DNA of 59,146 nt, the filler included, from Catajapyx aquilonaris (Eukaryota), in assembly GCA_000934665.2 (NCBI GenBank). It is 3 parts of 3 records of this genome, joined end to end, with 100 filler letters (N's around TTAATTAATTAA, not from the genome) between each part and the next. Parts side by side here need not be neighbours in the genome. Positions count along the whole stretch, not along the records: positions 19,807 to 39,426 come from JYFJ02006420.1; positions 39,527 to 59,146 come from JYFJ02006421.1; 1 more part is not named here. One strand, 5' to 3'. The notes beneath the pieces were generated by a model, which made no database searches, was not told where the DNA came from, and saw only the letters and a list, made by a program, of their open reading frames with translations. Positions 39,070 through 50,134 of the stretch are shown here, in pieces (the stretch's first letter is position 1; the number at the start of each line of letters is the position of its first letter). The position numbers were made by a program, and so were the translations under genes.

Positions 39070-39426
39070 CGAGGGGTGTTATATAAGTTCGTGGTTTCAA
39101 GTAGACATACGCGATACATGACAAAGAAACAATTTTATTTCTCAACATAGTACCCACACCGGTCAATACACTTTGTCCATCTTCGTGGCAACTTCTCCAA
39201 ACCGCTCTGGTAGAAGGAAGAATCTCACCCCCCCAAGACGTCCTCCACAGCTGCCTTGACCTCTTCGTCACTGCCATGGAGTCAACCCCGCAGGTGTTTC
39301 TTCATGTTCGGGAACAGGTAGAGGTACCTAGGTTTCATCCTGTGTGACCAGAGGAGCGTAAAATCCTTCTGCATCAGCATTCAGCGGGTCCAAATTTAAT
39401 ATTGTGAAATCTCCCGACGCGCCGCC
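39070..39426 (-). mobile_element. Internally deleted mariner (DD34D) transposon, 3' part, cut by the gap
   Basis: TA|CGAGGGGTG terminus; minus-strand FYAPLVTQDET* fused to YLFPNMKKHLRG*..SDEEVKAAVED..FYQSGLEKLPRRWTKCIDRCGYYVEK* (stop at 39135-39137), with stops and a frameshift. Confidence 0.88.
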
Positions 39427-39526
39427 NNNNNNNNNNNNNNNNNNNNNNNNNNNNNNNNNNNNNNNNNNNNTTAATTAATTAANNNNNNNNNNNNNNNNNN
39501 NNNNNNNNNNNNNNNNNNNNNNNNNN
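39427..39526. other. Assembly gap with artificial six-frame stop linker
   Basis: N44-TTAATTAATTAA-N44, identical to the gap at 19707. Confidence 0.95.
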
Positions 39527-40378
39527 TGACCTCTCGCCCTTTACATCGGTTGGTAACAATTAAAATAAAGCGACATTGTGTTAAACTTGCGCATTTCAAT
39601 GCTTCTCTGAGCAACTATTATTATTCAATTAATCTCAAATTGCACCAAATCAAAGCAGCAATTAAACCCGCCATATAATTTCAGAACTTGTGAGCAAACA
39701 TACGCCATTTCTATGCCTGAAACGCAATTTCCTCAGGTAACCCCCTCTTATACACAGGCACTACGAAAATGCAAAATTTTCCTGCAGGCAAACAGGTTTT
39801 AGCCACCTAGAGCATTTTGCACCAGTGCAAATCCCGGGTCTAATCCCGTATCCTTTCCAGGAGGAAAATAATCAAAAGCCCCTTCCATGCCTCTTACCTG
39901 AGGATAACAAGCTTCTACGATTTAATGTGTAATCCTATGTAGGTCATGCCCGAGGATTCACTTAAAGACGTCAGTTCCAACCAAGGCAATGCGATTAGGT
40001 CATCCTGTATACTAAAGGCGGAAGAGGATATATAATTTTCAAGGCGATCGATTTTGGCGGAAGAGGACAGGAAGCAAGGTCACGGGAGAGTTCACGGTCG
40101 AAGATTCGATTGGAGGACGGAAATGATTGAAAAAGAGGCGGAAATCACTGGAAGCCAAGAGCAAATATAGATCATTTTGAGATGTGTCAAGTCTGGACCT
40201 CCAGTTGCGTAACCCTTATTTATATCTGAATTATAGGCGACTACTATATATGTCGTTTTTTTATATTAGCGCAACCGAGTGCGCAACACAGTTCGCTCAA
40301 ATTGTTTCCAACGCTACACTTGAGGGGGTAACAATATGGCCGACTTTTGCAACCGCAGTAAATACGGTCTATGGAGGG

Positions 40379-40516
40379 TGTCGATTACTGGAACAGTCAT
40401 CATTTTGGATGTCGATTACTGGAACAGTCATCATTTTTAATGTCGATTACTGGAACAGTCATCATTTTTAATGTCGATTACTGGAACAGTCATCATTTTG
40501 GATGTCGATTACTGGA
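40379..40516. repeat. 31-bp minisatellite, ~4.5 copies
   Basis: TGTCGATTACTGGAACAGTCATCATTTT(GGA/TAA) at 40379, 40410, 40441, 40472, 40503. Confidence 0.95.
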
Positions 40517-40525
40517 GCATTTACC

Positions 40526-40526
<1 letters not shown>

Positions 40527-40589
<63 letters not shown>

Positions 40590-40641
40590 TAAAAAAATAA
40601 TAAAAAAATAAAATAAAAATAAAAATAATAAAAATAATAAT
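40527..40641. repeat. (AAT)n / A-rich microsatellite
   Basis: Read directly from the sequence. Confidence 0.9.
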
Positions 40642-43556
40642 TTTGCATCAAAATTATTTTTCCGCCAATTGCATGGACATCCATCGCATGTTGCATTAAA
40701 ATGCAACGATACTGTTATAATTTGCATGCATATTGAAATGAGTAATTAAACATGCAGGTAATAATATTTACACGTGAAATGAATCGCCAGACCAAAATCA
40801 CTGGGCGACAGGCGAAATATTGGCATCCTGTGGTCATGACTTTAGTAAACACTTGATAGCATACTGTATGTCGATTATTATTTATTACAAGCATTAAAAT
40901 TCCAACGCTTTCAAACTATTACGTGGGCTATTTTGTGGCCAAAACCTCGGATCCACAACAAGCTGGAACTAAAATTGAATCCCGGAAATCCCAAGTTATG
41001 TGAAAATGTCCCGACCGCAAAATAATCAAACGAGGTCTTTTTTTTTTGAACTCAAAAGCCACACCCAATATAATGCAATCACGTCAACTCCACTAAATTC
41101 ACAACCAACTGCGACGTAATTCAAATGTTGAAATAACATCCGCAGTGTGGAAACCAGCCGAAAATGATGGGTTGAGACACATAATTTCTGCCTGCATTTG
41201 CATACTGGTAACACGGTTATGAAAAGCATTTTTAAATTATAACATTTTAAATCTGATGAAACACTGTGTAATGCATGTGTGTCATATTAAAAATAACAGT
41301 GCGCCAGATGGCTATCGAATCTGTTCAAATTGTGCCAGGTGTGCGGAACTACAGCTTGATCCTTTTGAACGAAGCAATCATCATAACCTAGAGAGTGTTA
41401 TTAACGTTTATATCTGAAGTATAAATCTCACTGACAAAATGATGAATTGGAATGTCATAGAGAGAAACAAAAAATTCCATATCGTCCTATGGGGAAAAGC
41501 TGCAAAGTCCTTTTGTCGTTAGCTTAGTCCAAGTTTGCGGTTGTTTACAAACAACTATTCATCAACCCTGCACATAATGTAACCTCAAAAAAGGATAATG
41601 AGCTGCCATAAATGTGCTGCCTAATGTAATGAGTGCGTTTAATTAACATCATTAACAGGCTGGTAGCATGTATAGGGTATAGATAATACCACATAAGCAC
41701 AGAGCTGTACTATATTGTTACGGAGTTACTCCGATTGTGTAGCTTTAATTAATGATAATAATTAATCATAATCATAATAATAGTGACAATATGACGCAAA
41801 TGGCTCTCCGATATTAAAACCAAGAATGTAATTATTTCAGTCAAGTGACTAATAAACAAAATAATATAAGGTACGAATATTTGTTACAATGACACAGTCA
41901 ATTAGCTCACAAATGAAGTTGAAATTATTATCCGAGTGAAATCCGGCCAATGCAAATTTAATGATGCGCAAAATAATGAGACAGCAACAGTTCTGACAAG
42001 CTGTACAGTAGACTACTTGGCACTGTAAAGTGTAATTTACGTCTGGTTGTGTTAATGAGCATTCTAGGACTTGGCAAGTGGCCAGTTAATTTTAAACAAA
42101 TTGCTGTTCTCAATCTTTCAATGCACATTACACCGGGTGTTACGTAATGATACTGACGATCATATCGAGTTGCATTACTGAGCCTCAACAATAGACGTGT
42201 CATTTGGCGGTTTGTGGCGTCATCAGTAAAATGTACAGGTACTTTGCCCCAAGTTCATTATCCAGCAGCGTCTAATGAGTTCGCACCGTAAGCTAACATT
42301 AATTACAGTATACATTATACAAGAAAATCTCAAGGTTGGTGGACTCATACCAGAATATTTTTTATCAGTTTTTTAGCTCATTATTTCACTAACGAGGCTG
42401 CTGACTTCTGAAGCAATGCTTTGTCTATCACAGTGTTTGTCAGACGCTACAAAAAATATCCAGGTTTCAAATAAAACAAAAATCAATATCGTCTGTTTTT
42501 TTAGTTTATAGGATACCTCTTCATCTGCTCTTGGCGTTTGACTCGGTTTCAGGCCCGATTTCATCTCTCTTTTCCGTTCTTCGCCATTTTCCAGCTCATG
42601 CATTTTCACTTTGTTGCACACCGCACTCGCCGATTTCTTTTGTTCCTTTTCGCTTGTCCGCCTGTCACATCACAAAGGTTCAACGAAATTGGGCTGTCCT
42701 TCACCTTTACTCCCACCAGTGCAAGGATACTGAACCTTTTTTTTGTCTCTCTTTTCCAGCTTACGTATCTAATGGAACTCGTCTCAGAAACCTTTCAAAG
42801 AGCCACATACTGTACCGAATTGGATGTAAAAATCAGTAAACTTGATTTTGAAAATACTCGATGTTCATGAACTCCAATATCCGTGGAGCACAGATCAATG
42901 ACTTCAAGTCCTTCCTTTCATTACATTTAGGACCCTTTGATGTGTCCCTTGCGGCAAGGATAGCAAATACACAACAGTTTCGGTGCCTGGTTCGGTATAT
43001 GAACACAGTGGAAGGCTTTTTGGGGTGGTCTCATTCAATGTTTTAGCACTTCTGTGAAGAGAAGAACTGGTGGGTTTCAGGCAGAAAATAGTTAATGAGA
43101 ACCATTCCGTTAATTATTGGAGCAGGTCTCAATTAACCCGGCGCTTATTGCGGATTGTGCGTACTTCGTTTGTGCAGACAATTCCGTGATTTAAATTATG
43201 TTTAAGAGCAGTTGTTTTTGTACCTCGTTGTGTCTCATCCCCTTTAAAATCTCACGATCAGTTAGTCCATCTCAATTTAAAATATAGTGTGGGTCTATCC
43301 CGTCACTTTAAATTGAAAGTCAATAAAGGAACGTTTATCTTACGCCTTCTCGGCAGCGTGGTCTTTTTCCTATAAAATCTAACTTATTACCCCAGGATTC
43401 CAACAGGGTCGAGATGTGGGCCACCAGGAACTTCAACTGTCCTTATGGTAACACACATAATCAACTTCAACATTCAGGCCTAGCCACAAAAGCAGATCGG
43501 ACATGGACAAACATTCATATAAGGAACAGCAGTGTCTGACAGAGACGTGTCCTTAC

Positions 43557-44573
43557 CCAGCATTTTAAGGACGTGTTTGGCCGCTTTAGCATGCCCGGCT
43601 TGTCCCAATGAGTAATGTTCCCTGGAATTGTGCCTCTGAGCACTGCTACTCGGATCAATGTCCAGCACGTTGGATCTTCTGAGCTTGATCCCTATCAGCA
43701 CGTACAGCACGGATATGACGCTCATGGGTAGGACGAAGAAGAATAGGGTGGACATCTCAAAGGCGTAGTCCACCAGCACTCGTTTGATGGCACAAAGAGT
43801 GTGGTCTTCAACTACCTGTCCTTCTGGGGTCATCTCAGACACCACGCCAAACTGCATGGCCTGCGGTACGGCCAGTACAAGTCCCAAGACCCATATTGCC
43901 AGCACCAGCTTCACGGCTCGTGACAGCTTCGACATTGTGTGGCACCTGGATATATGACTATAGGTTAATTTTTGTACGAGCGCAACCAAGTGCGCACTCT
44001 AGATAGGTAAGCACTTTATTTCCAACGCTACACTTGCGGAAAACAAAATGGTCGACGTTTGCGACATTGCCAAGGCTCTGAAACTAACATCAGGGGGAGC
44101 TCTGGCAACGTTGTCAGAACAATGGAGCTGCGTGAATGTGGGTGCGCACCCGGTTGAGCTTGTACAAAAATTGATCTGTAATGATCGCACCTGAACGGAT
44201 AGCAGATGGCGACGAATCGCTCGACGGTGAATGCGGTGATGGTGAGGACCGTTGCATTGGCAGATGTTTCGGCAGCCAGACCACGAACCACGCAGAGGAA
44301 CTCCCCGAACACCCAGGGGTACTTGTACCACATGGTGTATATCTCCTGGGGAAGGCCGGACACCAGCAGGAGTAGGTCGGACAGGGCCAGGCTGAACAGG
44401 TAATAGTTTGTGGCCGTGTGCATGTACCTGTTCTTGGCTATGACCACGCAGGTTATCACGTTGCCAGTGATTCCCGTCAGGAAGATTATGCAGTACATGA
44501 CCGTTATGGGGATCACTATGTACAGGGTGTCACGCTTCGGACCGAACAAGTCGCTCACGTTGTACTGATGCAT
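43557..44573 (-). CDS. PK1-R: Pyrokinin/PBAN receptor-like class A GPCR (neuromedin U receptor family), TM1-TM5 in exons 44191-44573 and 43557-43945; 3' exons not found
   Basis: GPKRD-TM1, GNVITCVVIAKNRYMHTATNYYLFSLALSDLLLL, AAETSANATVLTITAFTVERFVAICYPF|RCHTMSKLSRAVK, FEMSTLFFFVLPMSVISVLYVLIG, ending KHVLKML at a GTAAG donor. Phase-2 GT-AG intron 43946-44190. PK1-R versus PK2-R/PBAN-R cannot be resolved by eye. The ATG at 44573 may be preceded by an acceptor at ~44595. Confidence 0.9.
43977..44162. mobile_element. mariner-type MITE in the GPCR intron
   Basis: TA|CGAGCGCAACCAAGTGCGCAC ... GTGCGCACCCGGTTGAGCTTG|TA; related sequence at ~40268-40355. Confidence 0.7.
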
Positions 44574-47500
44574 CTTACAAACGGCTACATTTGTCTGTGG
44601 GCAAAACAGCTATTCTGCATTGTTGATTGTACCCTGAGAGTAATTATGTAAGGGAAAGAGCTACACGCCACACACTGGGGCCTGTAAATCATTACTTCTA
44701 CTACTACTAGTTATTATGGCAATCATACTGAATGAGTAAAAGCCTGTCAAACTACACATGCGAAGGTTTCATATCTGAAAGCTAACACTGACAGGGAGTC
44801 GCAATGGCAGCAGTGATATTCAAAATTTCAAAAAAAAATCGAAGCAAACAAGATCCATTCGCCTGTATGCCACAGAGAGGACGATTATTTTTTTGAAAGG
44901 TTAGAAAAACAACTTCGATTAATATTTTGTTTTTTAATGTCATCATACGAGATGAAAGGAAGGATTTCACATGTTTATGATGATGATGCGCATGACAAAC
45001 AATCACGGCACGGATACAGAAAACAACCTATTTTTCACGTTATATTGGCATCTGTTTGCAGATTATGACAGAATATGTATTGTGAATACATACCGTATGC
45101 ATAATCGGAGATTTTTCTTAATTAGCCGGCCTAAAACTAGCCCTTAGCAATAAAAATATCGACATATGACATAATATATACTGTATTAGCATTAAAGGGT
45201 ATTTGAAAGTTAACGTAGGCCTACCCAGGCTTTTATTTTCAGGCTTCCGGGACAAGAGAAGGAATCTGTGATGTATTTTCAGTAGCTCTCCAGGAATTAG
45301 CCTGGAGTTGATCTTTAAGGACCACAGAAAACTTCTACAGAACCGAAAGACTCCCCTTAAGCACTCCCGCGCTCATGCCTCGACACACAAAATGCCGATT
45401 CTTAGAGGTCTGCTTGGGGCACAAATACTGTACGTTAGCAACGAAAATAGACGCTATTCCGACTAAATGTTAGGACTCAAAGGCATTAATTCTGTAATCA
45501 AGTTCCGGCTCTTCATTCATGAAAACTTCATAAGCACAGTAAATTCCGCTGCAGGCTTCCTCATATTGCTGAATAACGCTCAAAGCCACTACTTTGCACC
45601 TGAACAATACAGTCTTCCTTATTACGTCCTGTAAGTTACCTAACGCTGTTAGGCATTACCAATTCCTAATTACCACTGAAGTACATGGCTTAATATTCCT
45701 AATTCTCCAGTGTATCTACTATACCCTTTGTAAATCATATGCTCTTATAGAGCAATCCAGGACAAAGCAGCGCATCGCTTTGTTGAACAGCTCACATGCT
45801 TCCAACTTCCAACTGCTAATGCTCTATAGTTTCAAGGACACAGTGTCTCATATTATACGGAATGCAATGTAGTCTACTCTCTGCTTGCTCAATGTCTGTT
45901 TACTACCTGAAACTTCTCAATACTCCTCCAAGCATTGTTTGAAATTGAGGCTGCAATGTGCTTCCATGAGAATGTCATGCCGACGCGCAATTTTATTACC
46001 AAAAAAAATGTTTTTGGCAACTAATACAAAATGGGTCAAATTTCTTGTTTTGGCTATGAAGTAACAAGCTACTATTGAAAACCTATTTTTACGAATGCAA
46101 GTACGTAACAATGCCACCGTAGATTTGTAATGATTCAGGAAACAGTCTAAAATAGAGTCCTGATGGGCCCGTCACCAGATTATTTACATAAAGGTTTCCT
46201 TGACATAATGGGCATAAATTACAAAAGATATATGAGCGACATTCATGACCTTCATTAAAATAGAGGCGTTACCTAATGAGATATTATTAGATGCACTAGA
46301 AAGTCGACAGACAGCGACAGTGTCGTTAGTTGTTAGCACCTAGTGCTCTATATAGCTGTATAATTAATAAAGAAATTCAGTAGTGAGGATCTCGCGACCT
46401 ATAATGACACTCCCGAATAAAATGATCCTTTGATGCCAAGGAACTCATCCTAATTATTCGTTTCATTACGAACTCTACAAATGCACGAAACTCTTCATTA
46501 TTCTAGAGACTACCATTGAGAGGCAACCCTATCGTTCTTGTGGGTGTCAGTTCTCTGTTGTCTAATAATACCTTTGCAACATACGATATGTTTTTTAAGC
46601 GTCATGGGCTGGAGCTTTGTATGATATAATAAAGATTAATGCAGCGAACTGAAGCAGGACAATGGACAGACACATATTGCATTAGCGATTCTTTGAAGCT
46701 GCAATTATCGCATGTCCCTTTAAGGTCGAAGAGTCGGTTTCAATAACGCTGCCTTTGTTGCGATTCCGGGAATTACGATCATGAACTGCACTGCGGTTCA
46801 TGTGGTACGCACCAATAAAAATCGCTTTAGGTTTTACCCTTTGAAGTACGAGACAGCACTCGCAATTCAGCGAAAGGATTTTCTTTTTTGAAAAAAATTA
46901 GGCATTGAGCTCGTTTATGTGTAAAACGACACTCTTTGACATATTAGGATCACCTTTTCCAGTATAATATGCTTGAAGCTATTTAATTTTTGAGCTTAAA
47001 TTCAAATTGTCAAAAGCCATATTTTTCGACAATTTCATAGCTTATTCCTAGTGTTCATGTTGAATTAAGCAACATTAATATGAACAACACCGAATTAAAT
47101 TTAAAATTTGGCATTAAACCGTAGTATTTAATATAGCTTGAATTACTGCCCTGGATGCACCATACATTTTTAAAAGCCAAGTAATTATGGTAAAAGCTCC
47201 GAACTAAATTATTTTTGCAAAATCAGCAAAAAGCTTCGAAATTATTAAACGCCACTCATTCACGGCATCACCAAGACAACACAAGATACGTTCCATTTTT
47301 ATTCAGATGGCATAAATAATTTATAACAGTTTAGACTCTAATTGGCTGCCACTTAAGAAAGTCTCCAGAAAATTACTTCACTTTTTCTAGAGCGACATTT
47401 CTAAAGTGCTTTCGCACAAAAGAGACGCGTTTGTGCAGAAAATAACTCAAAGGCATAAAAAAACTGTGTGAATAAAAAATACATTTCTCCGATATGATCG

Positions 47501-49745
47501 CTCAGATTGGGTCGATATGAAGAGGGAGAAAAAAAATATTGAGGTTGAATCGATCTTGACATGCCATATATATAATTCATATCACATATTCGAACTCTGC
47601 ATTACGCAACCTTTCCACATCCGCGAATTGGCGGAATAAATATTACTGGACGCGAAAAATGACTTTGGGGTGAAAAAGGTCAAAATTGGTATGGATTCGA
47701 CCAATATCTTATTACTGATGGATTCAAGGGCTACCACCTGTTGAATTCTCCATGAAATATTACCCATGCCAAATTTGCTGCAATTTAAGGGAATATCTTT
47801 TTCATGTAATAGAACAGGGTGATAATATTGGTTACTATGCGAATGTGGAACAAGAAGATCGATAGTTTACTTAGGGGTTCGCTTCCTGTCATCTGAAGGT
47901 GGGATTATTTGGAGACATGTCCTTGTAAATGGGGGGTGTTAGCAAAATGCATTGAAGATTTTCCAGTCTTGCACATTGAGTATTATGTGCCGTGAAGGCC
48001 TTGTACAGACCGGAATACTGAAGTCACTTGAGGCTTATTAACGCTGCATGCATTTAAACAGTGGTGTTAATATGAAGGCAACACTATTGTTTGTAACAAT
48101 ATGTTTGTATATGAGTACAGTGCGTACTAATGTAACCTGTGCATAGCATAATTTGTCATTTTTTGCGCAAATGAAAGCAACAGTTTAAAACAACTGTTAT
48201 AACCAGTGCGATGTAGCGGAAAAAGAAAAGTCAGGCCACTGTTGTTGTTACATGTTAGTTTCGCACGTAAACAAGCAGTGCAGAGCATATTGTTGTTTTG
48301 TTGTTACATTTTTAAACTAACATGAAACCATTCTCACTCTAAATTGCCCGTTTTTTTCCACCTTACGAGGCAAAGGTTTTTCCTGACGAAGCAAGTGGTT
48401 CATTTAAAGTTTCTTGGCAATTACAGTGCTTGGGGGTAATTAACACGCATGAAATTCAGAGTTGTAATGCGACAGTTCCCTCTGGCCCGTATAACATGCT
48501 AAATGTTTGTAGTTTATATGCGCCTGTGAATTAACTGCTGTGTCACCATGTCCAGATTCATTTCACATGAAATGCGACGCAAAGTGCGTTAGAACAAAAA
48601 TGAAAGTTAGTTAGTTCAAGCCCTCTTTTTCTACGACTTCTAAACATGTTACACATAAACTTGAATCTCCGCAGAGTTTGAAACACTGGGGAATATATGA
48701 CATATCCATATACATTTTACATTTAACCACAATCTACGCGGCTTGTTGCTTTGTAACTCCATCCTGTAGAACGAGCCGCATGCAAATCTTGTTGGTAACA
48801 GAAACCGGTAGCTTTAAGCCGTGTCTTCATACATTACCCTTATCTAATTAGCTTTTCTCCCAAATAAATATTGCAACATTTGCGTGTTACCCTGAGTTAC
48901 CAAGTACTATCCTCCTCAGGTAATTAACTGTCACCACCAGCAAAGTGCTTTGCATTATTTCGAGCAAACAACATACACACATTACAATCGTAATTAACTC
49001 GACTTCACAAGAACTATTTTTAATTCCAATACCGTTTAATAACATGAAGAGCAACGTCCTGATGTGTTTTGAATCCTCACCTTTCAACTCCCCACAAAAC
49101 CACAGTAAGAGCCTCTGAACCCGAATTTATCTCACCGTAACGAGTAATTAGCCCGTTGGTTAGCCTTGCCAAAAGCAATCAACTTTATGCTGCGTTATCA
49201 TCAGCGGTCGTTGCACACACACCAAACGACCACTCTGATGTCCCCCCAAACGACTCGTTTTCACACCCAGCACCCAATTCTCTCCCCAAAATTAGCCCTA
49301 TTTTTTGGGAGTGTCCACTGAGGATTAGACTACTGTCAACTTCCGATCCCCACTGCGACCTGGATGCAACTAAAAATAATTTTTTCATATTTTTCTGTCC
49401 ATCTGATCATGGTTGCCTCCTACTATTTCCGCTCCGTCAATTCAGTCCGTTGTTCCTTTTATCAGAGAGGATAGTGAGAGAGTGCTACGTAATCCGTGCC
49501 TTTTGTTGAGACTGGGCTGGACTGGGCCTTGCTGGGAGGGTGAATTGCATCTCTACAATTTGGGTAATGGCATGTTACAGCATGTAGTAATTTTAAAAAG
49601 TGGAAACCTTATCTACTTACTGATGACTCACAGCGGACAAACAGAGGCACCGACCTGAGCAAATTCTGAATAATTTTAGTGACATGTTTTTAATTATTAT
49701 GTGAGTACACCTTGGTCGCATTTTAATTTTTTATATCGTTCCTAT

Positions 49746-50134
49746 CTCCATGACAGCCCACGGACACTACCCCTATCTTCTGGGCTTATCACCTGCCGAG
49801 GGGTTTTGCAGTGGGTGCTCACCTGAGACCGGCACGAGACATTTCCCAGAGCATTTATATGGCGACCCTACCGGACTAAGGCTGAACTTTATAGGTACGA
49901 AAGGGGAGGGCTACATTGGGGGGCCCAACATGGCCGCCGGCGGTCATGTTGGGCCAGCATGTAGCGCTTCCCTTTCGTACCTATAAAGTTCAGCCTTAGT
50001 CCGGTAGGGTCGCCACATAAATGCTCTGGGAAATGTCTCGTGCCGGTCTCAGGTGAGCACCCACTGCAAAACCCCTCGGCAGGGGGTGGGTGGGGAGTGA
50101 CCTAACCTGAGTCTTCTACAACCATGCTCCATGA
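49746..50134. mobile_element. Palindromic non-autonomous element with ~145-bp internal arms and non-complementary ends
   Basis: Inverted arms 49792-50083 centred on CATGGCCGCCGGCGGTCATG; CTCCATGA direct repeat at 49746-49753 and 50127-50134; right end shared with 1-100. Confidence 0.8.

Noticed and set aside
40379..40516. 31-bp repeat array as a CRISPR
   Set aside because: Head-to-tail units with no unique spacers, no cas genes, eukaryotic context.
42373..42870. Overlapping ORFs as the missing GPCR 3' exons
   Set aside because: No CWxP or NPxxY motif and no suitable hydrophobic helices in the minus-strand frames.
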